From a virus, in the IMG/VR virus record IMGVR_UViG_3300047557_002158, positions 4,045-68,044 of that record: a stretch of 64,000 bases of DNA. One strand, written 5' to 3'. Position 1 is the stretch's first letter, and each line of letters begins with the position of its first letter. Made by a program: the position numbers and the translations under genes. The notes below the pieces were generated by a model. That model saw nothing but the letters and a program-made list of their open reading frames with translations. It had not been told where the DNA came from and did no database searches. Of the stretch, positions 39,824 through 50,039 are shown one piece after another.

Positions 39824-41318
39824 TTTAACAACAAAAGACATAACTTTAAAGAAGATAAACGAAGTTTATGTGAGATTCATTGCAGAGAAACATATTCTGA
39901 AAGAAGCTTCAGAGTATTTTACTTTCTTTGTTCCTGGCCACAAGTTTATTCCTGCCTTCAGAAATAAAATATGGGACGGAAAAATAAGATTACTAAACCT
40001 GCAAACACAAAACATATATATTGGATTAATTGACTACATCAAAGATTTTGCAGACGAACGCGGTTATACAATTGATCTAGAAGACAACGATACCGAAGAT
40101 GAATATTCCGTATATCATGCAAATAAGTTTTTTGAATCTCTAAACTTACATTCTAACAATCAAAAAATATCTGTCAGAGATCACCAACAAAGAGCCTTTA
40201 TACATGCAATGCAAAAACGCAGAGCATTATTACTTTCTCCAACGGCTTCTGGTAAATCTTTGATCATTTACTTGTTGATAAGGCAATTATTAGATTATCA
40301 AAACCTAAGAGGATTAATAATTGTTCCCACAACATCTTTGGTTGAACAGTTGTATTCGGATTTTGCAGACTATTCCAGTCACAATGGTTTCGATGTTTCA
40401 GAAAATGTGCATAGAATATATCAGGGTAAAGAAAAAGTTTCTGATAAATCAGTAATTATATCGACATGGCAATCATTATATCAGATGCCAGCCGAATATT
40501 TTCAACAGTTTGATTACATTATAGGTGATGAGGCACACCTTTTCAAAGCACAATCTTTGACAACAATATTGACCTCTTGTACCAAAACAAAATATAGAAT
40601 AGGTCTTACTGGCACTTTAGATGGCACCAAAACTCACAAGTTGGTATTGGAGGGTTTGTTTGGACCTGTTAATAAGGTAATTACAACAAAAGAATTGATA
40701 GATAATAAACAGCTTTCATCTTTCAATATTAAATGTTTGGTGCTTAAATATACAAAAGAAGATTGTCAGTTTATAAAGGGAAAAACATATCAAGAAGAAC
40801 TGGAGTTTCTGGTAACATCAGAGAGAAGAAACAAATTTATAAGAAATTTGACAATCAGTTTAAACAAAAATACTTTGGTATTGTTTCAACTTGTTGAAAA
40901 ACAAGGAAAAATTCTTTATGAAATGATAAAAGAAAAGGCAAACGGTCGACAAGTATTTTTTGTTTATGGTGGTGTAGAAACAGAAGACAGAGAAAAAATA
41001 CGATCCATTATGGAGAAAGAAAATGACGCAATCATTGTGGCCTCTTTTGGTACCTTTAGTACTGGTATTAATATACGTAATCTTCACAATATTATTTTTG
41101 CGAGCCCTTCAAAAAGCCGAATCAGAAACTTACAAAGTATCGGAAGAGGACTGCGACAATCAAGCGGAAAAGAACAAGCAACACTCTACGATATTGCAGA
41201 CGACCTCAGAACAGGAAAAACAATGAACTTCACACTTCAACACTTCATTGAACGGGTGAACATATATACTGAGGAGAAGTTCCCTTTCAAGTTGTATAAC
41301 ATAGAGTTAAAATCATGA
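39813..41318 (+). CDS. uvsW: DNA helicase UvsW
   Basis: SPTASGKS, DEAH, LQSIGRGLR. Confidence 0.96.
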   Translation: MDSDLTTKDITLKKINEVYVRFIAEKHILKEASEYFTFFVPGHKFIPAFRNKIWDGKIRLLNLQTQNIYIGLIDYIKDFADERGYTIDLEDNDTEDEYSVYHANKFFESLNLHSNNQKISVRDHQQRAFIHAMQKRRALLLSPTASGKSLIIYLLIRQLLDYQNLRGLIIVPTTSLVEQLYSDFADYSSHNGFDVSENVHRIYQGKEKVSDKSVIISTWQSLYQMPAEYFQQFDYIIGDEAHLFKAQSLTTILTSCTKTKYRIGLTGTLDGTKTHKLVLEGLFGPVNKVITTKELIDNKQLSSFNIKCLVLKYTKEDCQFIKGKTYQEELEFLVTSERRNKFIRNLTISLNKNTLVLFQLVEKQGKILYEMIKEKANGRQVFFVYGGVETEDREKIRSIMEKENDAIIVASFGTFSTGINIRNLHNIIFASPSKSRIRNLQSIGRGLRQSSGKEQATLYDIADDLRTGKTMNFTLQHFIERVNIYTEEKFPFKLYNIELKS

Positions 41319-41680
41319 GCGTATCTATCATTAGATTAAAAGATGGTACAGATTTAATCTGTAACCTTTTCGGTGATGAATATGATAAGGATATATGTCA
41401 CATATCCGATCCAATGATGTTTGAAATTAGGGGTATGGGTCTTATATTGCAACACTGGATGCCAGTGGGAATCATAAAGAGTAATTCAACGAAATTAAAT
41501 ACAAATGATATTCTTTGTGTATTTGAACCAAGCAATGAAATAGTTGATCACTATAATGGAATGGTAGAAAAGATGAATAATATGTCAATGAATCAAAAGG
41601 AAAATATTAATGAGAATGAAATAGGACAATTAATGGAAGCTATATCTGAGTTACAAGCTAAAGATACTATAGTACATTAA
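41315..41680 (+). CDS. Conserved hypothetical protein between uvsW and gp55
   Basis: IRLKDGTDLIC N-terminus; synteny. Confidence 0.7.
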   Translation: MSVSIIRLKDGTDLICNLFGDEYDKDICHISDPMMFEIRGMGLILQHWMPVGIIKSNSTKLNTNDILCVFEPSNEIVDHYNGMVEKMNNMSMNQKENINENEIGQLMEAISELQAKDTIVH

Positions 41681-41700
41681 TTTTCTGGGGCTACATTGCG

Positions 41701-41729
41701 ATTGTAGATCCTGTCAAGCATTTTGTCAA
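41701..41729 (-). promoter_or_regulatory. Antisense sigma70-type promoter upstream of gp55
   Basis: Minus strand TTGACA (41729-41724), 17 bp, TACAAT (41706-41701). Confidence 0.55.
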
Positions 41730-41751
41730 CACTTTTTATGGTATATTTGAA

Positions 41752-42294
41752 ATGAGCAAACAAAAACATTATATAAACAATGAAGATTTTCTGAGAGCTT
41801 TGGTGGATTACAAAACCAAATGCATAGAAGCCGAAAAAAATAACTTTCCAAAACCAAACATACCCAATTATATTGGTGAATGTTGGATGAAAATTGCCGA
41901 AGGTCTTTCCCACAAGCCAAACTTTATCAATTACACATACCGCGATGAAATGATATCCGATGGTATTGAAAATTGCTTGATGTATTTCGACAATTTTAAT
42001 CCTGAGGTATCCAAAAATCCATTTGCTTATTTCACGCAAATCATATACTACGCATTTCTCCGTAGAATTCAAAAAGAAAAGAAACAACTGTACATAAAGT
42101 ACAAAAGTACCGAACAAATTGGTGTTTTGGATGAATTTGAAATGATGGACTTTGAAGATGGTACCAGTAAACAATTTGAACTATATGATAATATAGCCGA
42201 GTTTATTGAGAACTATGAAGAAACAAAGAAAAACAAAAAGGCAGAAAAGGGAACGGCTAAAAAACCGAAAGGTTTAGAAAAATTTATGGAGTAA
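41752..42294 (+). CDS. gp55: Late transcription sigma factor gp55
   Basis: HYINNEDF; YIGEC..KIAEGLS.KPNF..YTYRDEMISDGIENC; NPFAYFTQI. Confidence 0.97.
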   Translation: MSKQKHYINNEDFLRALVDYKTKCIEAEKNNFPKPNIPNYIGECWMKIAEGLSHKPNFINYTYRDEMISDGIENCLMYFDNFNPEVSKNPFAYFTQIIYYAFLRRIQKEKKQLYIKYKSTEQIGVLDEFEMMDFEDGTSKQFELYDNIAEFIENYEETKKNKKAEKGTAKKPKGLEKFME

Positions 42295-42297
42295 ATT

Positions 42298-42780
42298 ATG
42301 GCAAATAATTATGCTGGAGCAATATCAGGTCAATATAGAGGACCTCATAAAATTGGATTTACTTGTTCTTGTTTTGATTTATTTCATGCAGGACATGTAA
42401 TGATGTTGAGAGAAGCAAAAGAACAATGTGACTATCTGATTGTTGGGTTACAAACTGATCCAACTCTCGACAGAGAATGGAAAAACAAACCAATACAATC
42501 CGTTTTTGAAAGATATGTTCAGTTGAAGGCTTGCAGTTATGTTGATGAAATTATACCATACGCAACGGAAAAAGAATTGATGGACATATTGACTTCTTAT
42601 CACATTGATGTTAGAATCATTGGAGAAGAATACCGAGATAAACAATTCACTGGACATAATTTACCAATGAGTGTTTATTTCAATAGCAGAAAACACAGTT
42701 TTTCAACCACAGAATTAAGACAGAGAGTGTTGAACGAACAAACAAAGAAACCAAAAGTGGTGCCTGATCTAAAGGAATAA
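42298..42780 (+). CDS. Cytidylyltransferase (TagD/glycerol-3-phosphate CTase-like)
   Basis: FDLFHAGH HxGH motif; R.HSFSTTELR. Confidence 0.88.
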   Translation: MANNYAGAISGQYRGPHKIGFTCSCFDLFHAGHVMMLREAKEQCDYLIVGLQTDPTLDREWKNKPIQSVFERYVQLKACSYVDEIIPYATEKELMDILTSYHIDVRIIGEEYRDKQFTGHNLPMSVYFNSRKHSFSTTELRQRVLNEQTKKPKVVPDLKE

Positions 42781-42784
42781 TATA

Positions 42785-43852
42785 GTGAAAGTTGCGTTAA
42801 TAACCGATCAACATTTCGGTGCAAGGAATGATTCAAATCATTTTTTGGATTTTTATGAAAAATTTTATGGTGAAATATTCTTTCCAACTTTAGAGAAAGA
42901 AAATATTAGTACGGTATTAATACTTGGTGACACATTCGACAGAAGAAAATATGTGAATTTCTTTTCACTCAAACGCACCAAAGAAATGTTTTTTGATGAA
43001 CTGAAAGAGAGAAACATTACTGTTTGGATGCTTGCTGGTAATCATGATACCTATTACAAGAATACCAATGAAGTTAATTCAGTTGATCTTCTATTGCGTG
43101 AATATGACAATGTAACTGTATTGGATAAACCCAGTACAATCTATGTTGACAAACATCCAATATGCATGATACCATGGATTTGTGTTGATAATTATGATGA
43201 TTGCATTTCAATGATAAATGATACTGAGGCAAAATATTGTATGGGTCATTTTGAAATTGATGGGTTTGCAATGTACAGAGGTATGCCAAGTGAAGGTGGT
43301 TTGAATAGGTCACTGTTCAGAAAATTTAATCTGACATTTAGTGGCCATTACCACCACAAGTCATATGCAGACAGTATTCATTATCTTGGTAATCCTTACG
43401 AATTAACTTGGCAAGATTACAATGATGACAGAGGATTCCACATTTTTGATTTGAGTACGGAAGACTTGACATTCATAAAGAATCCGTTTAAGATGTTTCA
43501 TCGAATTGTTTATGATGATAAAGCAGAATCAATTAAAGAAATTGATGGCAAAGATTTAACATCATATACAAACACCTATGTCAAAGTGGTTGTAATCAAC
43601 AAAACAAACCCTTATTTGTTTGACAAATTCATGAATAATCTTTATAATGTAAATCCAATCGACATTACTATTGCAGAAGATTTTACTGATCTCTCGGAAA
43701 GTGGTGGTGAAAACTTAGTTGATGAAGCTGAAGACACACTAACGATACTCAACAAATATGTTGATTCAATCAGTGAAGAAAACATTAACAATGATAGATT
43801 GAAAATTTTATTGAAAGAACTCTATATTGAGGCATTGAATACTGAAAAATGA
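42785..43852 (+). CDS. gp47: Recombination endonuclease gp47 (Mre11/SbcD-like)
   Basis: TDQHFG, GDTFD, GNHD, SGHYH. Confidence 0.95.
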   Translation: MKVALITDQHFGARNDSNHFLDFYEKFYGEIFFPTLEKENISTVLILGDTFDRRKYVNFFSLKRTKEMFFDELKERNITVWMLAGNHDTYYKNTNEVNSVDLLLREYDNVTVLDKPSTIYVDKHPICMIPWICVDNYDDCISMINDTEAKYCMGHFEIDGFAMYRGMPSEGGLNRSLFRKFNLTFSGHYHHKSYADSIHYLGNPYELTWQDYNDDRGFHIFDLSTEDLTFIKNPFKMFHRIVYDDKAESIKEIDGKDLTSYTNTYVKVVVINKTNPYLFDKFMNNLYNVNPIDITIAEDFTDLSESGGENLVDEAEDTLTILNKYVDSISEENINNDRLKILLKELYIEALNTEK

Positions 43853-45567
43853 TTTTATTTCAAAAAGTTCGTTGGAAAAATTTTCTTTCAACGGGTAATG
43901 CATTTACTGAAATTGTACTGAATCGGTCAAACAATACGCTTATCATTGGTCAAAATGGTGCCGGTAAATCCACCATTCTTGATGCTTTGTGTTTTGGTTT
44001 GTTTGGTAAACCTTTTCGTAAAATAAATAAGCCACAATTACTGAATTCTATTAACAACAAAGAAGCACAGGTTGAAATAGAATTTAAAATTGGTCAAAAA
44101 CAATATAAAGTTGTAAGAGGTATAAAACCAAATACCTTTGAAATATATTGTAACAATGTTTTATTGAACCAAGATGCGGCTGCAAAAGACTACCAAGAAG
44201 TCTTAGAGAATCAAATTCTCAAATTAAATTACAAGTCTTTCACGCAAGTCGTCATTCTTGGTTCAGCCTCATTCGTTCCTTTCATGCAGCTTTCTGCTGC
44301 TGACCGCAGGACAATTATCGAAGACCTACTCGATATACAAATCTTTTCGTCAATGAATTCGGTGGTCAAAGATAAACTTTCCTCACTGAAAGAAGAAATT
44401 AGTAAGGTCAAATATTCCATTTCTTTAACTAAAGAGAAAATTGACCTGCAACTTCAAAATATTGAAGATCACAAGAAACTCAATGACGAAGAAATTGCCA
44501 AAAAACAAACCGAAATCGAAACATCAAAACAACAAGTCATAAACATTACAAAGTCTGTAGGGTTAATTTCAAAGCATGTTGATGTTTTGGTATCAAAAGT
44601 TGGTGATAAGAAAGAAAAATTAGAAAAAAAATCCAAAAGTTTGTTGCAAATAAAAGGTAAAATTGAAACAAACATTGATAGAAATCAAAAAGACATAGAT
44701 TTTTATGAGGATAATCATGACTGTCCAACTTGCAAACAAGCTATTACACCTGACTGGAAACAATCTCAAGTCACCGAAAAAACTCAAAAAATTGATGCAC
44801 AAAAAAAGGGTCTTGAGGAAGTTGAGGATGAACTTAAAAAAATAACAGGTGAATTGAAATCAATATCCGATATTGTTAAACATATCAATGAACACAATAA
44901 CGAAATCACCAAGCACAATGCAACAATACTTGCAATCAATGGTTATATTACCAAATTGAATCAAGAAATAACCGAACTTTCAAATAAAAAGCTTTCATCA
45001 CAGGATGGTAATTCAAAGTTGAGAGATTTGAAAACTGATCTTCACATGTTAAATGAATCATATGAAGAATTGGTTGATTTGAAACACTATAATGAATTTG
45101 CTGGAACATTATTGAAAGATACTGGTATCAAAACCAAAATTATCAAACAGTATTTGCCCATAATGAACAAGTTAATTAACAAGTACCTCACAGCAATGGA
45201 CTTTTTTGTTAACTTTAACATTGATGAAAACTTCAATGAAACAATTAAGAGTAGACATAGAGATGAATTTTCATATGCAAATTTCTCTGAAGGAGAAAAA
45301 ATGCGTATCGATTTGGCTCTTTTGTTTACATGGCGTCAAATAGCTAAACTCAAAAATTCAACAAATACCAATCTACTCATTTTGGATGAAGTATTTGATT
45401 CCAGTTTAGATACAGTTGGTACTGAAGAATTTTTAAAACTTATGCATGAGATGGGATCGGAAACAAATATATTTGTTATTTCCCATAAAGGTGATCAGTT
45501 ATTTGATAAGTTTAAATCAGTAATTAAATTTCAAAAGAAAAACAACTTCTCACAGGTGGTAAAATGA
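43849..45567 (+). CDS. gp46: Recombination ATPase gp46 (Rad50/SbcC-like)
   Basis: GQNGAGKS, CPTC hook, FSEGEK, LDEVFD. Confidence 0.96.
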   Translation: MILFQKVRWKNFLSTGNAFTEIVLNRSNNTLIIGQNGAGKSTILDALCFGLFGKPFRKINKPQLLNSINNKEAQVEIEFKIGQKQYKVVRGIKPNTFEIYCNNVLLNQDAAAKDYQEVLENQILKLNYKSFTQVVILGSASFVPFMQLSAADRRTIIEDLLDIQIFSSMNSVVKDKLSSLKEEISKVKYSISLTKEKIDLQLQNIEDHKKLNDEEIAKKQTEIETSKQQVINITKSVGLISKHVDVLVSKVGDKKEKLEKKSKSLLQIKGKIETNIDRNQKDIDFYEDNHDCPTCKQAITPDWKQSQVTEKTQKIDAQKKGLEEVEDELKKITGELKSISDIVKHINEHNNEITKHNATILAINGYITKLNQEITELSNKKLSSQDGNSKLRDLKTDLHMLNESYEELVDLKHYNEFAGTLLKDTGIKTKIIKQYLPIMNKLINKYLTAMDFFVNFNIDENFNETIKSRHRDEFSYANFSEGEKMRIDLALLFTWRQIAKLKNSTNTNLLILDEVFDSSLDTVGTEEFLKLMHEMGSETNIFVISHKGDQLFDKFKSVIKFQKKNNFSQVVK

Positions 45568-46175
45568 CAGATGATAGCATTGTTTTATACGACACAAATG
45601 AAAAAGCAAAAATTGCAAATCCAAGTTATGTAAAAACTTTTGATTTGGCACCGGTGACAAGTATGCTTTTGTATACTAGGTTGCCAGAATTTGATTTTAC
45701 AAAGCCTCCTGTGAATCCAATGGAGTTTGCATCATCATTGGTCGAAACATGTAAAAAATATAATGGTATAGGTTTATCGGCAAATCAATGTGGATTTACA
45801 CATAGAGTATTCGTAATGGGAACCGGTGATGAATTCATTGCGTGTTTTAATCCTAAGGTTTTATCCACAGAAGGTGAATCACACATGCCAGAAGGATGTT
45901 TATCTTTTCCTCTGTTGGAATTAAAAATTACCAGACCTAAGAAAATTACGGTATCTTACCAAGATTTTAATGGACAAGAACATACCAAAACATTTGAGGG
46001 TTTAACCGCAAGATGTTTTCTTCATGAGCTTGACCACATGGACGGAATCGTGTATACTACTAAAGCAAAGCCCTTAGCTTTGGAGTTTGGTATGAAAAAA
46101 ATGAAAAAACTGGGTCAACGAATCAATAAAGCGATTAAATCTGGAAGAATTAAACCTGAAGACGTTATCAAATAA
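45564..46175 (+). CDS. def: Peptide deformylase
   Basis: GIGLSANQ, EGCLS, HELDH motifs. Confidence 0.95.
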   Translation: MTDDSIVLYDTNEKAKIANPSYVKTFDLAPVTSMLLYTRLPEFDFTKPPVNPMEFASSLVETCKKYNGIGLSANQCGFTHRVFVMGTGDEFIACFNPKVLSTEGESHMPEGCLSFPLLELKITRPKKITVSYQDFNGQEHTKTFEGLTARCFLHELDHMDGIVYTTKAKPLALEFGMKKMKKLGQRINKAIKSGRIKPEDVIK

Positions 46176-47440
46176 TGCCTAAGAAAATACCCGATATTGA
46201 AGAACAATGGAAATTATGGCAAACAAAAAATGAGCCAGAAAAATTCCAGCATATCGATAGTGAAGAACTAAAGAATGATTTAATTAATGATTTGTCCGTC
46301 AAGTCACAAATGGATGTTCGTGAATACACTCTATATCAGAAGTGGTGTGAAGTACATGAAAAGTTTCCCACAAGAGAAATTTCAACCCTATTGGGAAATG
46401 AAATACAATTGGTAGATGTATCACAATCCAAAACTATCGATCAAATAAAATCCAATATTTGGTCACCAAAAGATTCTGATGATTATTTGAATTTGAAACC
46501 AAAGTTGATTCTGTCTAATGGCCCACTGGCAGATAGATGGAATACATTACGCACTTTTTCTTCTACAATGAAGAACAATTCAAACATTGGCAGAAATCTA
46601 TATTATACTGTTATTGATGAAGTTACAGAAAAATATCTTGGCGTTATCTGTATTTCATCCGACTTTCTTGATTTGACACCTAGAGATCAACATATTGGCT
46701 GGCCAAAAGATATCAAAACAACCGGCAATATGATTAATCATACGGCAATTGGATCAACGATTGTTCCTCTACAACCACTCGGATTTAATTATATGGGTGG
46801 AAAGTTGTTGGCTTTGTTATGTCTTTCTGATACAGTACAAAATGATTGGAGAAAACAATATGGAGATGTTCTTGTTGGCGTTACTACTACTAGTCTTTAT
46901 GGTAACACAAAGTCCAATGGCTTATCACAGTACGATGGTTTGGAATACTGGAACAAGATGGGTTTTAGTTCCGGCTCAGTTGCTTTCGATCCCAATAGAG
47001 ATATACTTAATCGCATCTATAATTGGGTAAAAGAAAATCACACTCGACATTACTTTGAATGGTGGGAAGCTAAAAAACCTAATGGACTTCCGTACAAACG
47101 CGACCATAAAAATAGAACATTACACTTTGCATATAGCAAATTAAAAATACCAAAAACACTGGTGAAATGTGCTCACCAACGCGGTATCTATTTTTCTCCG
47201 TTATACAACAACACTTCTGAATTTTTGCGAAAAGAAATTACAGAAGATAAATTAATTAAATCTTTTGATACCAGTACCGAATCTCTGGTGAATATTTGGA
47301 AAACCAAATATGCCAAAGGTCGTATATCAATGTTAAAGAAGAAGAACAATGTTTCATATGAAACTTTATTCTACGATGATTTGATATACCTTTCTTGGGA
47401 AGAAACCAAGAACAAATATCTTCCACAAGTTGGCAGATAA
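46175..47440 (+). CDS. DUF4338/Druantia DruA-like protein
   Basis: GGKLLALLC...GVTTTSLYG...SQYDG...MGFSSG, recalled as DruA/DUF4338-like. Confidence 0.6.
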   Translation: MPKKIPDIEEQWKLWQTKNEPEKFQHIDSEELKNDLINDLSVKSQMDVREYTLYQKWCEVHEKFPTREISTLLGNEIQLVDVSQSKTIDQIKSNIWSPKDSDDYLNLKPKLILSNGPLADRWNTLRTFSSTMKNNSNIGRNLYYTVIDEVTEKYLGVICISSDFLDLTPRDQHIGWPKDIKTTGNMINHTAIGSTIVPLQPLGFNYMGGKLLALLCLSDTVQNDWRKQYGDVLVGVTTTSLYGNTKSNGLSQYDGLEYWNKMGFSSGSVAFDPNRDILNRIYNWVKENHTRHYFEWWEAKKPNGLPYKRDHKNRTLHFAYSKLKIPKTLVKCAHQRGIYFSPLYNNTSEFLRKEITEDKLIKSFDTSTESLVNIWKTKYAKGRISMLKKKNNVSYETLFYDDLIYLSWEETKNKYLPQVGR

Positions 47441-47462
47441 GTCAAGTGTACCGCCAAAATGC

Positions 47463-47491
47463 TTGACATAGTTACTATATAATAGTATACT
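47463..47491 (+). promoter_or_regulatory. Sigma70-type early promoter
   Basis: TTGACA-17-TATACT. Confidence 0.8.
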
Positions 47492-47545
47492 ACTGATACT
47501 TGCAAATGCAAGATATTGTTTTTAACTTATTATTAGGAGTTTGAT

Positions 47546-47815
47546 ATGACTAAAGTATCCGCAAAACAACGTATCCTCAATTTCTTGACTAAGAAAGAAG
47601 GATACAACACTCTTTCAACCGCACAAGCTCGTGCTCGTTTTGGCATTCAAAATGTTGCAGCTCGTATCGATGAGCTTCGGCAAGAAGGCCACTGCATTTA
47701 CACCAACACAAAGCGCCGTGCTGATGGTAGCAAAGTCTCTGTTTACCGCCTCGGCACCCCAACCAAAGCTATGGTTAAGGCTGCTTTGAAGTCTGGTTAC
47801 AGCTTTTCTGCTTAA
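47546..47815 (+). CDS. Small winged helix-turn-helix DNA-binding protein
   Basis: ARARFGIQNVAARIDELRQEGH.I; basic; own promoter and terminator. Confidence 0.75.
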   Translation: MTKVSAKQRILNFLTKKEGYNTLSTAQARARFGIQNVAARIDELRQEGHCIYTNTKRRADGSKVSVYRLGTPTKAMVKAALKSGYSFSA

Positions 47816-47829
47816 TTTTAATTAAGCTT

Positions 47830-47865
47830 AGGGGAGATTACCTTTAATGGTTCTCCCCTTTTTTT
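47830..47865 (+). terminator. Rho-independent terminator
   Basis: AGGGGAGA...TCTCCCCT plus T run. Confidence 0.85.
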
Positions 47866-47880
47866 ATACTTGGAGAGCAA

Positions 47881-48699
47881 ATGGAAATTTCAATTAAAAA
47901 AGAAGACTTACAGAAAAAAAGTTTGTTTGTGGCCACACCAATGTATGGTGGTATGAACCATGGACTTTATGCAAAAGCCTGCCTTGATTTGCAAGCGCTT
48001 TGTGTTCAATACGGAGTATCAGTTAAATTTTCATTTCTTTTCAATGAATCTTTAATTACAAGAGCCCGTAATTATCTCGTAGATGAATTTCTACACCGTT
48101 CAGACTGTACACATCTATTGTTTATCGATTCCGATATTCATTTTGAACCACGCGATGTGATTGCACTTTTGGCTTTGGACAAAGATGTAATTGGTGGTCC
48201 TTATCCAAAGAAAGCTATCAAGTGGAGGTCTGTTAAGAAAGCTCTAGAAAAAAATCCAGCTATGGAACCACAATTGCTGGAAAAAGTAACTGGAGATTTT
48301 GTTTTTAATCCAGTAAAAGGTACAGAAAAATTTACTGTAACCGAACCACTAGAAGTTTTGGAAATCGGAACTGGTTTTATGTTAGTGAAACGCGAAGTAT
48401 TCAGTAGAATGGAAGAAGCGTATCCAATGATTCGGTACAAACCAGATCATGTTGGCCAAGCACACTTTGATGGTTCAAGATACATTCATGCATTCTTTGA
48501 TACTGTGATTGATACAAAAGATTCTATCACAGGTGGTGGTTCTGAACGATATCTATCTGAAGATTATATGTTCTGTCAAATGTGGCGTAAAATCGGAGGT
48601 CAAATTTGGTTGTGTCCTTGGATGAAAACTTCACACATTGGAACATATCATTTCCAAGGTGATATGCCAGCTGTCGCAAACTTTGTTGGAGAAATGTGA
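47881..48699 (+). CDS. GT-A fold glycosyltransferase-like protein
   Basis: VATPMYGG, ESLITRARN, LLFIDSDI (DxD), GTGFML, LSEDY.FC. Confidence 0.8.
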   Translation: MEISIKKEDLQKKSLFVATPMYGGMNHGLYAKACLDLQALCVQYGVSVKFSFLFNESLITRARNYLVDEFLHRSDCTHLLFIDSDIHFEPRDVIALLALDKDVIGGPYPKKAIKWRSVKKALEKNPAMEPQLLEKVTGDFVFNPVKGTEKFTVTEPLEVLEIGTGFMLVKREVFSRMEEAYPMIRYKPDHVGQAHFDGSRYIHAFFDTVIDTKDSITGGGSERYLSEDYMFCQMWRKIGGQIWLCPWMKTSHIGTYHFQGDMPAVANFVGEM

Positions 48700-49370
48700 T
48701 GATTGTTGGTGTTGTCGGATTCATTGGATCAGGCAAAGGAACTGTTGGTGAAATTTTAGTTGAACTAGGGTTTCACCAATTAAGTTTTGCATCCGCGGTA
48801 AAAGATGTGGCATCATCTATGTTTGGATGGCCAAGATATTTACTTGAAGGCGACACGGAAGAATCAAGAAGTTTCAGGGAAAAACCAGATACTTTTTGGT
48901 CCGATTCTCTTGAAAGGGAATTCACACCAAGATTAGCTCTACAATTATTGGGCACAGAAGTTGGTAGAAATGTGTTTCATGAAAATTTTTGGATTATCAA
49001 AATGAGGCACAATGTTATTTCAATGCGAAAAAGCGGCATCGAAAATTTTGTAGTTACCGATGTTAGATTTCCAAATGAGATTGCATACATTCAACAAGAA
49101 GGCGGTATACTTATTGAGGTACAAAGAGGTGTTCAACCGCATTGGTTTGATATCGCAATAAAAGCCAACAAAGGTGATATGAAAGCCGAAAAGTTTCTAA
49201 GAGACAATAACATACACGAATCTGAATGGAAATGGATTGGATCACAAAGAGATCATTGCATAGTAAATAATGGCACAATTGATAACTTGAAAGAAAAAGT
49301 TATAAAATGCTTGACACCATATTATGGTCATAATATAATGAAAGAAATGAAAGAAGGAGTATTAACATGA
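48699..49370 (+). CDS. gp1: Deoxynucleoside monophosphate kinase (gp1-like)
   Basis: GFIGSGKGT, TPRLALQLLGTE, TDVRFPNE, HESE. Confidence 0.9.
   Translation: MIVGVVGFIGSGKGTVGEILVELGFHQLSFASAVKDVASSMFGWPRYLLEGDTEESRSFREKPDTFWSDSLEREFTPRLALQLLGTEVGRNVFHENFWIIKMRHNVISMRKSGIENFVVTDVRFPNEIAYIQQEGGILIEVQRGVQPHWFDIAIKANKGDMKAEKFLRDNNIHESEWKWIGSQRDHCIVNNGTIDNLKEKVIKCLTPYYGHNIMKEMKEGVLT
49311..49339 (+). promoter_or_regulatory. Sigma70-type early promoter for gp45
   Basis: TTGACA-17-TATAAT exact consensus. Confidence 0.85.
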
Positions 49371-50038
49371 AACTTTCAGAGAACACTCTGGCAGTATTGA
49401 AAAATTTTGTTACCATCAATAGTAATATTGAATTCAAGAAAGGAACAAAATTAACCACAATCGCACCAACAAAAACTGTTTTGGCAAAAGCCAATATTAC
49501 AGATGATTTTCCTCAAGATTTTTGTATTCATGATTTAAATCAGTTTCTATCAATCTTTAATGTAAACAAGGATTGTGAAATTAGTTTTGATGATAGGCAT
49601 GTTTTCTTTAAATCAAACAAGACCAAAACATCATATCGAACAGCAAATAGAAATACCATTGTAACACCACCAGATAAAGAGCTAACACTACCTTCTTCTG
49701 ATGTTTCGTTTACACTTTCGGCTGATGATTTGCAAACAATTATCAAAAATGCAAACCTATTGCAATCAAACCATGTATCAATCAAAAGTGAAGGTGATGT
49801 AATTTACATCGATGCGTGTAATGAAGACGATGATTCTGCACACGTTGCTTCAACAGAAATTGCAACTGGTAATGGCAAAAAATTTAAAGCTGTGTTTCTA
49901 ACAGAGAACTTGAAGATGATGCCTGGTTCCTACGAAGTTACAATTTCTTTTAAGGGTATTTCACATTTCAAATCCGTCAACGGTGACATTGAATATTGGA
50001 TTGCTATTGAAACTAAACACTCAAAATTTGGAGAATAA
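49367..50038 (+). CDS. gp45: Sliding clamp gp45
   Basis: MKLSENTLAVLKNF..IN; F.IHDLNQFL; YWIAIE. Confidence 0.95.
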   Translation: MKLSENTLAVLKNFVTINSNIEFKKGTKLTTIAPTKTVLAKANITDDFPQDFCIHDLNQFLSIFNVNKDCEISFDDRHVFFKSNKTKTSYRTANRNTIVTPPDKELTLPSSDVSFTLSADDLQTIIKNANLLQSNHVSIKSEGDVIYIDACNEDDDSAHVASTEIATGNGKKFKAVFLTENLKMMPGSYEVTISFKGISHFKSVNGDIEYWIAIETKHSKFGE

Positions 50039-50039
50039 A

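Noticed and set aside
41677-42174. 165-aa minus-strand ORF opposite gp55
   Set aside because: It is the antisense shadow of a highly conserved gene, and the antisense promoter lies at its 3' end, so cannot drive it
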